A stretch of 64,000 nucleotides of DNA from a virus (IMGVR_UViG_3300034021_000300:30186-94185), one strand, 5' to 3'; shown: positions 1-9,296, counted from the stretch's first letter. Program-made: numbers and translations. The notes: generated from the sequence alone by a model not told the origin.

Positions 1-80
1 TGATTGTTAGCTCTCAAAAAGAGATAAGAATAGTCATCAGGACTTATTCCTAAGTCTCTTACTTTATGTAATATGTCCAT
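1..80 (-). CDS. 5' part of a CDS running off the window (MDILHKVRDLGISPDDYSYLFLRANN...), possibly replication-associated
   Basis: ATG at 80 just downstream of the stop of 83..394; frame open to the window edge. Confidence 0.45.
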   Translation of the reverse strand, partial: MDILHKVRDLGISPDDYSYLFLRANN

Positions 81-82
81 AT

Positions 83-394
83 TTACTTACTTTTAAGATA
101 ACTTACAACACATTGCCATACAGCTAAGATAGGAGTTTCGTGTGTTGCTTCTGTTCCATTGGTTTGGTCGTCTAACATAGCAAAGCCGTATTTCCCATTA
201 CTGTTAGCTAAATATCCGTTTGCCCAAAAATAACAGTTGCTTGAACACTCAAATATTATCTTCAACACAACAGGCATTAGCCTATCCCAACTTTCGTGGT
301 ATTTTGGCAAAACTCCCCTGTGTTTTATTTCAGGATTTAATCCCTCGTATTGAAGGATTAATTTATTACCCTCAATTATTTGTTGTTCCATCAA
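83..394 (-). CDS. hypothetical phage protein (EGNKLI...YHESWDRLMPVV type)
   Basis: ORF track; coupled overlap with the upstream gene; motif resembles a family I recall from Bacteroidota phages. Confidence 0.6.
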   Translation of the reverse strand: MMEQQIIEGNKLILQYEGLNPEIKHRGVLPKYHESWDRLMPVVLKIIFECSSNCYFWANGYLANSNGKYGFAMLDDQTNGTEATHETPILAVWQCVVSYLKSK

Positions 395-594
395 AATAAA
401 TCTTTTTTCTTTTTAAATAAATCCTTGAAATAGAACTTACCTATATTATAACCTACATATACATTAGGTATCTTGTCGTATCTTTTCAGATATTTGACAT
501 AAATACCACCTTCATCTTTACCTATTTCGTATATCCAAAAGTGCCATTCTTTCCATAGCAAATATACAAAAATTGCTCCTACTATCCAAATCAT
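391..594 (-). CDS. small protein with an N-terminal TM helix
   Basis: hydrophobic N-terminus MIWIVGAIFVYLLW; ATGA overlaps on both sides. Confidence 0.55.
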   Translation of the reverse strand: MIWIVGAIFVYLLWKEWHFWIYEIGKDEGGIYVKYLKRYDKIPNVYVGYNIGKFYFKDLFKKKKDLF

Positions 595-1016
595 ACTATC
601 AATTTATCTAATTCATCTAACAACTCTATTGACTTGGTTTCCAATGCTTTATTAGTAATAAATAAGTTTTCATAAGCTTCCCAAGAATGGTCAGCCAAAC
701 AATGAGATTTACCAATTAACCTCATTACTTCATTGTTACTTGAAACTTTATTTCCAAAAGCATTACCTGCTGGAAGTTGCATTTTAGCTGAAATACCTTT
801 CTTAACTAATAAAGCTCTGAATAACCAAACATATTGTTGTCTTATCTGTACTACCTCCCTCTTTCTTGTAGAAGATTTCAGAGTATCTATAGAAACATTA
901 TTCTTGGCACAAACGAACCTTAATACAGTACTTGCATTAATGTGGCCTGTCTTTGCACCATAAGTAAAAGAACTTCTATATACATCATTTAACCCTACAA
1001 ATATCTCATACTTCAT
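591..1016 (-). CDS. DnaA C-terminal-like HTH DNA-binding protein
   Basis: VCAKNNVSIDTLKSSTRKREVVQIRQ resembles the Bac_DnaA_C pattern (V...vs..dl.S..Rkreiv..RQ). Confidence 0.55.
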   Translation of the reverse strand: MKYEIFVGLNDVYRSSFTYGAKTGHINASTVLRFVCAKNNVSIDTLKSSTRKREVVQIRQQYVWLFRALLVKKGISAKMQLPAGNAFGNKVSSNNEVMRLIGKSHCLADHSWEAYENLFITNKALETKSIELLDELDKLIV

Positions 1017-1237
1017 AATCTATTATAAATTAATCTTAAATCTTCTTCATCTTCTTCTACTGTAGGCTCTAACACCTGTTGTAGTTGTTCTTTTGTAACT
1101 TCTTTATTAAATACTGTCCTGAAATACAAAACCAGAGACTCCACATTATTAGTAATCTCTGGTTTACGTAAACTTGCTAAACTATGTAATGCTAAGATTT
1201 CTTCTCTTTGCATATTTCTATTAATTTTACTAAACAA
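1013..1237 (-). CDS. hypothetical protein
   Basis: ORF track; the real start may be the internal Met (MQREE). Confidence 0.5.
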   Translation of the reverse strand: MFSKINRNMQREEILALHSLASLRKPEITNNVESLVLYFRTVFNKEVTKEQLQQVLEPTVEEDEEDLRLIYNRL

Positions 1238-1665
1238 GCTAAACGGGCTTCTTCGTAAGTATCAAAACAATCATCCCAATTTTTCTTAAGTTTACCTTCG
1301 TAAATGTACCAAACAACAGTACTAGAAGGTGTCATTTTAGGCATAATTACAGAATAAAGACTTTTATTTCTTAACCACTCTTCTGCTTGTTGCCAAAGTG
1401 GTGCAGCAGTAAAAGGATTATCTAAAAAGAATTTTAACAACATAGGATTATGTGCAGCCTGAAAATTTGCAGGATTGTTCAAATCACTATTATAAATCCA
1501 CTCTTTAGTATCTTCTATATAAGGAAGATTATCTGCATATTCACTTCTAGGGAAGTCAAAAGGATTTCTTAGTCTTCCTTCATTATCATAAGTAGTAAAA
1601 CAAGGTTCGTTAAAACCCAATTCCTTTAAAGCTACTGCTTGTTCGTAAGGCAAAAATTCATTCAT
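1192..1665 (-). CDS. conserved Bacteroidota-phage hypothetical protein
   Basis: EFLPYEQAVALKELGFNEPC...APLWQQAEEWLR...TYEEARLACL motif pattern. Confidence 0.65.
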   Translation of the reverse strand: MNEFLPYEQAVALKELGFNEPCFTTYDNEGRLRNPFDFPRSEYADNLPYIEDTKEWIYNSDLNNPANFQAAHNPMLLKFFLDNPFTAAPLWQQAEEWLRNKSLYSVIMPKMTPSSTVVWYIYEGKLKKNWDDCFDTYEEARLACLVKLIEICKEKKS

Positions 1666-1676
1666 ATTATTAGTTT

Positions 1677-1928
1677 TTAAAATTCATACTCAGGTTTCCA
1701 CGTATAAGAATGTAACTTATAATCTCTACCAAACTTACTTGGCATATCCTTACTTATAAATACAGGCTCTTTCAATTCTTCAGGAGGATAAGTAGATACA
1801 CCTTTCTCACCTACTACATTAACTTGTAAAGTAGTATTGTTTTTAATAGCATCTTCTACATCATAACTACGAATATCTATACAACCTCTAAATATCTTTT
1901 TTACTGTTAATGTTTTCATATTATTCAC
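1677..1928 (-). CDS. hypothetical protein
   Basis: ORF track; packed in a co-oriented operon. Confidence 0.55.
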   Translation of the reverse strand: MNNMKTLTVKKIFRGCIDIRSYDVEDAIKNNTTLQVNVVGEKGVSTYPPEELKEPVFISKDMPSKFGRDYKLHSYTWKPEYEF

Positions 1929-2223
1929 TTAACCATTTAAATAATTCTTTGTATGTATCAAATTCGTATACTTTAACTTCTGAGTTAACTAAGGAAGTTA
2001 CTAATTCAGAAAGAGATTCAGTAGTTTCTGCGTAGTAACCATTACCCTCTGTAACCCCATCTGTACATAAAACCATATAATCTCCTGACTCAAATTCACT
2101 TCTGGTTATGAACCCCCTATCTCCAGCAGTATCAAGAACCCCATAATATTTAATTGGAGAGACTTTTGAAGCTTCTATTGTTTTTAGTTTAGTTTTTACT
2201 GTTATTACTTCTTTCATATCCAT
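1921..2223 (-). CDS. hypothetical protein
   Basis: ORF track; overlaps neighbours. Confidence 0.55.
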   Translation of the reverse strand: MDMKEVITVKTKLKTIEASKVSPIKYYGVLDTAGDRGFITRSEFESGDYMVLCTDGVTEGNGYYAETTESLSELVTSLVNSEVKVYEFDTYKELFKWLSE

Positions 2224-3242
2224 TTTATTTTATGTTTAGGTATTTGTGCTAAAGCTGACTCACACCACACTGAATCTTGAGTATCTTTAGCTACTGTAAT
2301 GTAAATCTGAGCTTTCTTATCTCCTTCAAGATTACAAGTCCTTAGTATTTTCTGTACTTGCAGCTCTTCATTAGATTGTATTTGATGTATTACAGCATGT
2401 TTTAGTCCTACTCCTGTAAAACCCATACTCAACATCCCTATACAACTTAGTTTATTTACTTTCTTTTTTTGAAACAACTCTAAACTATCTTCTTTAGATT
2501 TACTATGATAAGAATGTTTACAGAGTTTATCAGCTACTTCAGTTAGTGTAGTAAATACTAATACTCTCTTTAAAGGCTTTATAAGGCTCTGTGCTGCTTT
2601 TAATTTACTTTCTAATCTATAGATATACTGAGCTCTTTTTAATGCAGCATTGTTCTTTACATGCACATATTTAGCATCAGAAAATGATAGCATTTTAAAG
2701 TATTCAAAAGTTTTAGTAAGTTTATTGTAAGCTGTTCTTTCTTCAGGAGTTAATGTAACTTCTTTTATGAATATTTCATAGTCACTTATAATGTTGTGGT
2801 CTATGGCTTGCTCTATACTATAATCATACTTAACAGTTAGCCCTAGTTCTTGCCTTATTTTCTGTTTATTCTTATTACCCAAAGTACCTGTTGCACCAAC
2901 AATTCTCTTTGGTTTTCTACTTTTAATGACTTTATACTGATTATCTGAAATCTGATGGCACTCATCTATTATGAGTAAATCTAAATCCATTGGAAGCTCT
3001 TCTGAAGACCTTATATTAAGTAATGTAGGAGTAAATCCTAAATCCCATTTAAGTATTTCAGCTCTCCAGGAATCTAAGATAGAATTAAAAGGAGCTACAA
3101 CAGCTATCTTTTTATCTTCTTTACCTCGTATAGAATCTATTAAAAGCTTTGTCTTTCCTACTCTACAAGCTACTACTATCAAACAATTATAATTATTATC
3201 TTTAATAGCCTGAACAGCTTCTGCTTGAATTTTATTCCTCAT
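2214..3242 (-). CDS. superfamily 2 (DExH) helicase-like protein
   Basis: Q-motif (IQAEAV), Walker A-like ACRVGKT, LIIDECH, motif III GATGT; motif VI degenerate (QKILRTCN). Confidence 0.8.
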   Translation of the reverse strand: MRNKIQAEAVQAIKDNNYNCLIVVACRVGKTKLLIDSIRGKEDKKIAVVAPFNSILDSWRAEILKWDLGFTPTLLNIRSSEELPMDLDLLIIDECHQISDNQYKVIKSRKPKRIVGATGTLGNKNKQKIRQELGLTVKYDYSIEQAIDHNIISDYEIFIKEVTLTPEERTAYNKLTKTFEYFKMLSFSDAKYVHVKNNAALKRAQYIYRLESKLKAAQSLIKPLKRVLVFTTLTEVADKLCKHSYHSKSKEDSLELFQKKKVNKLSCIGMLSMGFTGVGLKHAVIHQIQSNEELQVQKILRTCNLEGDKKAQIYITVAKDTQDSVWCESALAQIPKHKIKWI

Positions 3243-3738
3243 TTCCTAAACTACAGTGTTTTGCTTTGTTTTGTAATACTTTTCTAGTTCCTTTAATAAA
3301 GTCTTCTTTTAATTTACCTTGAAATAGATTACCACAAACTTCAGTAATTACCTCAAGTATAGGTGTAATAGCTTTAGTATCAGCAATTCTAGCTCTAACA
3401 ACTACTTCCCAATCTTTAGGGATACTACCATGATTAGTATAAGATACTCTTGGTATTTTTAGACCTCGTTTAATACTTACACTAGGTGTAGTATAAACAT
3501 CTATTTCATTATCATACCAATCTATTTCATTAAAATGTACTCCTAACCATAATAGTTTCTTAGTTCTAATACTCTTCCAAGCAGTACTTACTTCTTTTAC
3601 AAGTACTTCTTCATTAACATATAAAGGGCTCTTACGTTCAGCACCATAAAAGTCTGAATACATCTCTACAACTAATTCTTCATTTTCTATTCGTGTAATA
3701 GAAATAAACAGACTATCTTCTTTAAATAGATTCTTCAT
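3232..3738 (-). CDS. hypothetical protein
   Basis: 168-aa ORF overlapping both neighbours. Confidence 0.55.
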   Translation of the reverse strand: MKNLFKEDSLFISITRIENEELVVEMYSDFYGAERKSPLYVNEEVLVKEVSTAWKSIRTKKLLWLGVHFNEIDWYDNEIDVYTTPSVSIKRGLKIPRVSYTNHGSIPKDWEVVVRARIADTKAITPILEVITEVCGNLFQGKLKEDFIKGTRKVLQNKAKHCSLGNEE

Positions 3739-3904
3739 CTTCTTTTATCTTTTCTTTTTTATATTCATACCTACTACACTCAAGCCAATTGTCTGTTATA
3801 TTTTCTTTTCCATTCAAGGTTTTATATAATCTAACAGTTGGGCAAGGATTAGGTTTTTCTTTGATTATTTCACAAAGAGGTTGATTGTCTTTTATTGTAC
3901 TCAT
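3722..3904 (-). CDS. small hypothetical protein
   Basis: ORF track; fills the gap after polA. Confidence 0.45.
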   Translation of the reverse strand: MSTIKDNQPLCEIIKEKPNPCPTVRLYKTLNGKENITDNWLECSRYEYKKEKIKEDEESI

Positions 3905-3910
3905 GTTTAG

Positions 3911-5875
3911 TTATTTACACCAAAATACAGAAAGTTCAGGTGTTGCAGTTAATTTTACTCTTTTACAAAATACATCAGCAGCCCTATTCATAGATTCTTC
4001 TACTACTTTAGACATTTGCTCTGCTAATTCTAAAGGAACTTCTAAAACATTCTCATCATGTACTGTATTAACAAATTTAACAGTATTAAAAAGATTGTTC
4101 TTTTCTATATACTCAAATATATACACACAACTTAACTTAGTAATAGTAGCTCCTAGTCCCTGTACAGGATAATTCAAAGACTTTCTTTCAAAGTCTCCTT
4201 TTAGCCTAAAGTACTTTTTAACTTTTTCTACTTTATCTGCTGTTTTGTTTGCCCTGTATTGCTCCCAAAATTCCCTTGTTAGTTGTTGTTTTATCTGAGA
4301 ATACTCTTCATATTGAGCTGTAGGAAAATAATACTTTAATCCTGTTTCTTGTGATATTAAGATATAGCCCCTATCAATAGATTCTTTCTTTACTCTATCA
4401 AAGTAAGCTCTTAATCCAGGAAATGCTTTAAAGTAAGAATCATATATTTTATCCCCATCTTCTTTAGGTATATTAAGGTTTTCTGCTATAGTTATACCTG
4501 TACCCCCGTAATTAATGGCAAATCCCGCAGATTTAGCAAATTGTCTTTTCTTCTTATGTTTTTCCTTTACCTCGTCTAAAGTTAATCCCTCTAATTCAGG
4601 ATACATCTTTGAAGCCACGAAAGAATGCATATCAGCCAGCCCTTCATCATAGAACTTAAGAATATTAGCATCTAAACATTTATTAGCTAAAATAATTTGC
4701 TCTTGTCCACTATAGTCACTTATAATTAATGTATTACCTTTTTCAGCAATGAAACAACTTCTAGTAAATGGGTCACTTGGTATGTTTTGTAAATTAATAT
4801 ATTCTGCTCCATTATCTTTATTTTTACCTCCTGAAGATAATCTACCTGTATCCATTATCTGGTTAAAGTTAGTATGTATCCTACCAGTTGCTTTGTTTAT
4901 GTGTTTCAGAACAGTTTCACCATAAGTACTTATAAGTTTAGCAGCTTTACTATATTCTCTGTACAAAGGTATTATAGGGTGATTTAATTTAGCTACCACT
5001 CCATCTTCAACAGACTTTTTACTTACTCCTTGGTCTACAATAGTTACATTCATTCCAAGATGCTCAAAAAGCTCTATTACTTGTTTAGAAGAAGCCCAAT
5101 TAATTCTTGTATTTACATTTTCATCAAACAAACTTAATTGGTTATCTATAAACTTAGTAATATTATTCTGTATTAAAAAAGTATTTAAAGCTTCTACACA
5201 TTTATTATAATGCTCTTTATCCTTTTTACACTTCTCTAGCCATTTATCAGAATCTAGTTTTATACCAGAATACTCAATATAAGCCAAAACTTTGACAAAT
5301 AGATTTTGAAGGTAACAGTCTATATATTCTTTCTTTTCGTATAATTGTTCTATTTGTTTATCTCTGATAATACCAAGGTATTTACAGTCCATAGCACAAT
5401 ACTTAATTACCCTAGCTGTTAGACCTTCTCTATGTATTAGACCCCTTTGAGATTTATCAATATCATTTGTATGTGCGTATTTCTCACCTAAAGCGCCTAA
5501 ATTCTTTTTAGCAAACTTATCCCCAAGAGTAATTACCCTTTCCGCCAAATAGGTATCATAAACTATTTTAGGATATATGCCATGATAATATAAAAATCTT
5601 AAGTCAAACTTTAAGTTCTGTCCTAAAATTAGTTTACTTTCTATAAGTTCTTTAAATAACTCTGGCTTATAATACTCTACATCTATTACAAATTGATTGT
5701 CAAAATCCCCTAATTGAAGTGTCAACAACCTTTTAGTAAAGGGGTCAAAGCCCATAGTCTCTGTATCTAAGAAGATTTCATGCTTATCTTTAAAATAGCT
5801 GAATACATCTTCTATTTTACACACTTTATAATCTTCATTAGAAAACAATTCTTCATTTCCTAATAAGTATATCAT
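3911..5875 (-). CDS. polA: DNA polymerase family A with 3'-5' exonuclease domain
   Basis: Exo I FLDTET, Exo II GQNLKFD, Exo III YCAMD; TGRLSS, NLQNIP, motif A DYSGQE, motif B KSAGFAINYG, motif C VHDE; start moved to MIYLLG at 5875 (ATGA overlap). Confidence 0.95.
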   Translation of the reverse strand: MIYLLGNEELFSNEDYKVCKIEDVFSYFKDKHEIFLDTETMGFDPFTKRLLTLQLGDFDNQFVIDVEYYKPELFKELIESKLILGQNLKFDLRFLYYHGIYPKIVYDTYLAERVITLGDKFAKKNLGALGEKYAHTNDIDKSQRGLIHREGLTARVIKYCAMDCKYLGIIRDKQIEQLYEKKEYIDCYLQNLFVKVLAYIEYSGIKLDSDKWLEKCKKDKEHYNKCVEALNTFLIQNNITKFIDNQLSLFDENVNTRINWASSKQVIELFEHLGMNVTIVDQGVSKKSVEDGVVAKLNHPIIPLYREYSKAAKLISTYGETVLKHINKATGRIHTNFNQIMDTGRLSSGGKNKDNGAEYINLQNIPSDPFTRSCFIAEKGNTLIISDYSGQEQIILANKCLDANILKFYDEGLADMHSFVASKMYPELEGLTLDEVKEKHKKKRQFAKSAGFAINYGGTGITIAENLNIPKEDGDKIYDSYFKAFPGLRAYFDRVKKESIDRGYILISQETGLKYYFPTAQYEEYSQIKQQLTREFWEQYRANKTADKVEKVKKYFRLKGDFERKSLNYPVQGLGATITKLSCVYIFEYIEKNNLFNTVKFVNTVHDENVLEVPLELAEQMSKVVEESMNRAADVFCKRVKLTATPELSVFWCK

Positions 5876-6084
5876 ACACTTCCATTTATTATATAAGGTA
5901 TAGCAGCAGCAAGAAAAGTCCCTAAAATGACTACTATTATAGCCCCTGCTGACCAAGATAATATAGCATCATCAGTAGCAAACCAAGACCGCATTACAAA
6001 CCTACCTATCCAATAAGGTACAAATATAATAGCAGCTATACTGACTATTACAATTATCGTTCTTTCTATCATAACTTTAAACAT
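5872..6084 (-). CDS. small two-TM membrane protein
   Basis: two hydrophobic segments. Confidence 0.55.
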   Translation of the reverse strand: MFKVMIERTIIVIVSIAAIIFVPYWIGRFVMRSWFATDDAILSWSAGAIIVVILGTFLAAAIPYIINGSV

Positions 6085-6338
6085 TTATTACAGTAATACT
6101 TTTCTCCTTCTTCTAATGGTTCCCCATTAAACCTTTTACTACACCATTCGCATTGTAAAGGCTTTAATTTGATTCCAAGATGTTCTTCAGTATTCTTATC
6201 CCAATTAGCCAATAAAGTCTTTCTAAGCTCTTGTATTTGCCTTACAATAGATAATTCAGAAGGAGTAAAGCTAGACATATTAAATGTTAATCCAGATACT
6301 CTAGCTTTAGACCAATTTCTTTCTCTTGCTTTATTCAT
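6069..6338 (-). CDS. hypothetical protein with C-terminal zinc ribbon
   Basis: CEWC...CNKC. Confidence 0.55.
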   Translation of the reverse strand: MNKARERNWSKARVSGLTFNMSSFTPSELSIVRQIQELRKTLLANWDKNTEEHLGIKLKPLQCEWCSKRFNGEPLEEGEKYYCNKCLKL

Positions 6339-6514
6339 TATAAATCATCGTTTAACCTATCTATTGACCTTTGAAATAGATTATAGACAGTACCTGCATT
6401 ATAAACATGTTTTAATTTATCTTTAACAAGTTTTCTTAAACTTTCCATAGTATGGTCATGTGCTATTAATTCCTTAACAGCGTTAAGTATTTCTTCTGTT
6501 GTTTCTTCTATCAT
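6338..6514 (-). CDS. small helical hypothetical protein
   Basis: ORF 6338..6571; MIEETTEE at 6514 is a plausible internal start. Confidence 0.45.
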   Translation of the reverse strand: MIEETTEEILNAVKELIAHDHTMESLRKLVKDKLKHVYNAGTVYNLFQRSIDRLNDDL

Positions 6515-6596
6515 TTTTCTTCTTTTAAGATTATAAATATTGTAGGCAATACTACAAATATAAATATACAAGCACCTAGTAGTAGTATTTGCATTG

Positions 6597-6797
6597 TTAT
6601 TCTAATGGTTTAAAACTAACTTCTATTATAGCATACAATGTTCTGTATATTACAATAACAGGTAGGCAAATTAGGTATATAATTATAGGAAATATGTATG
6701 TAGGTTTTATTTTTTCGCCCCTATTAGCTAATGGTCTTATACACCATGCGTATATTATAAATACAAGTGCAGTTAATATTATTTTTGTTGGTGTCAT
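6597..6797 (-). CDS. small two-TM membrane protein
   Basis: hydrophobic segments. Confidence 0.5.
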   Translation of the reverse strand: MTPTKIILTALVFIIYAWCIRPLANRGEKIKPTYIFPIIIYLICLPVIVIYRTLYAIIEVSFKPLE

Positions 6798-6824
6798 ATC
6801 CTTATTTGTTAAAGTTGGTTAAAA

Positions 6825-6971
6825 TTATATGTTTATTTCTAAAAATGTAAGGTCTGCCCTAATGCTTGCATCCGTTTTGTAGGGCAGTTTCCATCCGTCA
6901 AACACTATACAGGTATTCCACCAACTTATCGGGGCAAAACATATAAATCTTATGTAAAATCTTGGTTTCAT
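6825..6971 (-). CDS. small hypothetical protein (MKPRFYIRF...) between short direct repeats
   Basis: ATG immediately after the stop of 6973..7227; flanked by tgttaaagttggtt copies. Confidence 0.45.
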   Translation of the reverse strand: MKPRFYIRFICFAPISWWNTCIVFDGWKLPYKTDASIRADLTFLEINI

Positions 6972-6972
6972 C

Positions 6973-7227
6973 TTATTTGCTGTTAAAGTTGGTTTCGTAG
7001 TATTGTTCAAAATCTTGAATAACATAGTTGTGTCTTTCATACGTTACACCATTGGCAAATCCGTTTTCCCTTGCTTTTTTCATCTGCTCACGCTCTTTGG
7101 GGAGTTTGGCTTGTGCCTTTACAATTGAGTGCAAAAAGCCCGATGCTATATTTGGGCTATCTTGTTCTTGTGCTTTTTGCATTTCTATTTGCAATTCAGC
7201 TATCAATTCCTGTAACGCTGTTTCCAT
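6973..7227 (-). CDS. hypothetical protein (METALQELI...EQYYETNF type)
   Basis: ORF track; motif recalled from Bacteroidota phage small genes. Confidence 0.6.
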   Translation of the reverse strand: METALQELIAELQIEMQKAQEQDSPNIASGFLHSIVKAQAKLPKEREQMKKARENGFANGVTYERHNYVIQDFEQYYETNFNSK

Positions 7228-7243
7228 GTTGTTTATGCTTTGT

Positions 7244-8140
7244 TTAAAACCTGTTAGTACTTAGGTATTGCTTGATGGCTTCGGCTGCTTTTTGGGCTTC
7301 TTGTTCTGTTTTAAAGCAGTTGCCAGCTAATATTCTTGGTCTGTCTAAATCGTGGTGAGTATAAATTGTTTTCCTAACCTTAAACCAATCATTTATATAG
7401 TAATAATCCTCAAGTAATTTTGGTTGCCACCTCTGCTCTGTTTCAATTGGTGCTAACTCTGCCCATTTGCCGTTATACCATATACATTGGCTTACTTTAT
7501 TTGGTTTATCTTTAGTATATAAAGCATTGTTTTCTTTTGAGTACTCATAATCGCCATCCGTTATGCCTATCTCTTTATTAGATACAGCGTTTTTAAACTT
7601 CGTACCAACAGGATATTTCTTCTCTGCTATGACTACTAAGTGGGCTTGTATTTCTTCGGTCGTGGGTTGGTAAACATAGATAGTGCCTATTGTTATAAGC
7701 CCTCCATATGGCGATTGATTATCTACTCTTAAATCACCATTTTTTAATATTTCAATAACCAAACCACAATTTCCAATTTCATCTTTTACCCACTCCCCAA
7801 CTTTAGGTTTCCATTCTTTGCCCTGTTCTTGGGCTAAAAATTCAGCGTGAGTAGCAGGTTTAAAAAATGGTTGATGTTTTATTAAATGTGCATAGTCATC
7901 TTTAAATCCCGTGTTGTCTATGATGATACCATTAACTACTTGGTATATTTTCCCTGCTGTATATAGTTCGCCTTGCCAAGAAGTACACCTCACATAATAA
8001 CCCTCTGTTGTATCAATAGGCTGATAGGGGGTAAATTCTTTTTTACAATTTGTAATAATGGGAAGAATTGTTGAAAGGTTTTTTAAATAAGCCTCAATAG
8101 CCTCTATTCGCTTTAAGTCCTGTTCTGTTAAGTTAGTCAT
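7244..8140 (-). CDS. modular protein of small beta-rich (SH3-like) repeats
   Basis: modules YVRC..GKIY, PKVGEWV..PTTEEI and KYPVGTKF..NGKWAEL, shared with 10576..12201. Confidence 0.6.
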   Translation of the reverse strand: MTNLTEQDLKRIEAIEAYLKNLSTILPIITNCKKEFTPYQPIDTTEGYYVRCTSWQGELYTAGKIYQVVNGIIIDNTGFKDDYAHLIKHQPFFKPATHAEFLAQEQGKEWKPKVGEWVKDEIGNCGLVIEILKNGDLRVDNQSPYGGLITIGTIYVYQPTTEEIQAHLVVIAEKKYPVGTKFKNAVSNKEIGITDGDYEYSKENNALYTKDKPNKVSQCIWYNGKWAELAPIETEQRWQPKLLEDYYYINDWFKVRKTIYTHHDLDRPRILAGNCFKTEQEAQKAAEAIKQYLSTNRF

Positions 8141-8375
8141 TTGATGTGGGTTTAAGGGTTTGTAGTGATTTTAATAATTCGTCTAATACGAGGGCGGCTA
8201 ATGGGTCTTGATAGCAAGTCCTTTCTAAAGCAATTTGTTTCTCTACTGCTTGCTTATAGGCTGTTACGCCATCAATGTAAGCAAGTTTATAATCTTGTTT
8301 TTCAATTTCGCTGTTAGGCTTCAATATATTAGCCTCGTATTCTGATTGTTCAATCCACTCGTAGTTTAGTGTCAT
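8133..8375 (-). CDS. hypothetical protein
   Basis: ORF track. Confidence 0.55.
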   Translation of the reverse strand: MTLNYEWIEQSEYEANILKPNSEIEKQDYKLAYIDGVTAYKQAVEKQIALERTCYQDPLAALVLDELLKSLQTLKPTSND

Positions 8376-8395
8376 GGTGTTTGTTTTAAAGGGTT

Positions 8396-8632
8396 TTACT
8401 CTCCATTGTTAGTGTTGTTAGTGTTGAATAAAGTGTATAGTTCGGTGGTGGTTTTTCGGCTCTTATCTTTAATATAACATAGCTTTGGCGCACCATCAGC
8501 TATTGTGTTGTTTCTTATCCACTCAGCAAACGCAATAGCCTGTTCTTGCATGGCTTGTTTGGCTCTTTCTTGCGTTATTTCACGCATACCATTTGCGGTT
8601 GTAGAGGCTAATACAATTTCGTCTTTGTTCAT
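8396..8632 (-). CDS. hypothetical protein (AIAFAEWI...TTELYTLF type)
   Basis: ORF track. Confidence 0.55.
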   Translation of the reverse strand: MNKDEIVLASTTANGMREITQERAKQAMQEQAIAFAEWIRNNTIADGAPKLCYIKDKSRKTTTELYTLFNTNNTNNGE

Positions 8633-8828
8633 TGTTACTTGGTTTTACAATTTAGACTGATTGGTGTAAATATTTTGTTTTTGGATATAATGGTATTGAA
8701 ACATTAGCCATTACAGCCCCGCAATCATTACATTTTAAATACTTTTCTTTTGCATCTTCTTTTGGAGAAAATGGAGAAAGATTGCCATTGCACCGTAAAC
8801 AGTTTACTTTCATTGTTACTTGGTTTTA
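8628..8828. repeat. 20-bp direct repeat ttcattgttacttggtttta flanking the zinc-ribbon gene
   Basis: identical copies at 8628-8647 and 8809-8828; each contains a minus-strand start (taaaaccaagtaacaATGaa). Confidence 0.85.
8652..8813 (-). CDS. 53-aa zinc-ribbon protein, not in the ORF track
   Basis: manual translation MKVNCLRCNGNLSPFSPKEDAKEKYLKCNDCGAVMANVSIPLYPKTKYLHQSV; two CxxC motifs. Confidence 0.6.
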   Translation of the reverse strand: MKVNCLRCNGNLSPFSPKEDAKEKYLKCNDCGAVMANVSIPLYPKTKYLHQSV

Positions 8829-8840
8829 GATAGTTTGTGT

Positions 8841-9032
8841 CTAAAGTAATAAATATAATACTATTATTCCTAATAATATTACTAATATTACTAATCTTTT
8901 AGCTTCTTTCTTATGTTTCAATAAGTATCTTTCAGCTTTATATCCTTGAGAATTTAAACTCATAGAATGAAACCATACTCCTCTTATTATAATGTAACAT
9001 ATAATAGCTGTTATTATTAATAGTAATTTCAT
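8841..9032 (-). CDS. small two-TM membrane protein
   Basis: start reassigned to MKLLLII at 9032, downstream of a terminator hairpin. Confidence 0.5.
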   Translation of the reverse strand: MKLLLIITAIICYIIIRGVWFHSMSLNSQGYKAERYLLKHKKEAKRLVILVILLGIIVLYLLL

Positions 9033-9042
9033 AATTCTTTTA

Positions 9043-9075
9043 TAAAAAACTTCTATAGTACATCTTATAGAAGTT
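9043..9075 (-). terminator. intrinsic terminator downstream of the tRNA
   Basis: minus strand aacttctata-agatgtac-tatagaagtt followed by a U-tract. Confidence 0.7.
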
Positions 9076-9222
9076 ATTAGTAATTCCAGTTTCACATAAG
9101 GAATTATTAAACAGGTTAAAGAACTGTCAATATGCACCCTGTTTTAATGCTCAAAGATAAAACTGGATTGGGTTAGTAAGACATAATAAGTCTTAGTGTT
9201 GCAGTTTTTCTTTGATTATTAG

Positions 9223-9296
9223 TCTCCCTGACAAGATTCTAACTTGTGACTTTCCCATTAGAAGTGGGATACTCTATACAGCTGAGTTACAGGGAG
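9223..9296 (-). tRNA. tRNA-Arg(UCU)
   Basis: acceptor CTCCCTG/CAGGGAG, D-stem ACTC/GAGT, anticodon arm TCCCA-CTTCTAA-TGGGA, T-arm ACAAG-TTAGAAT-CTTGT, A20 Arg determinant; CCA not encoded. Confidence 0.9.

Noticed and set aside
9085-9222. Theta/HDV-like ribozyme in the tRNA 3' trailer
   Set aside because: Only simple nested hairpins; I could not build the double pseudoknot or find the conserved core
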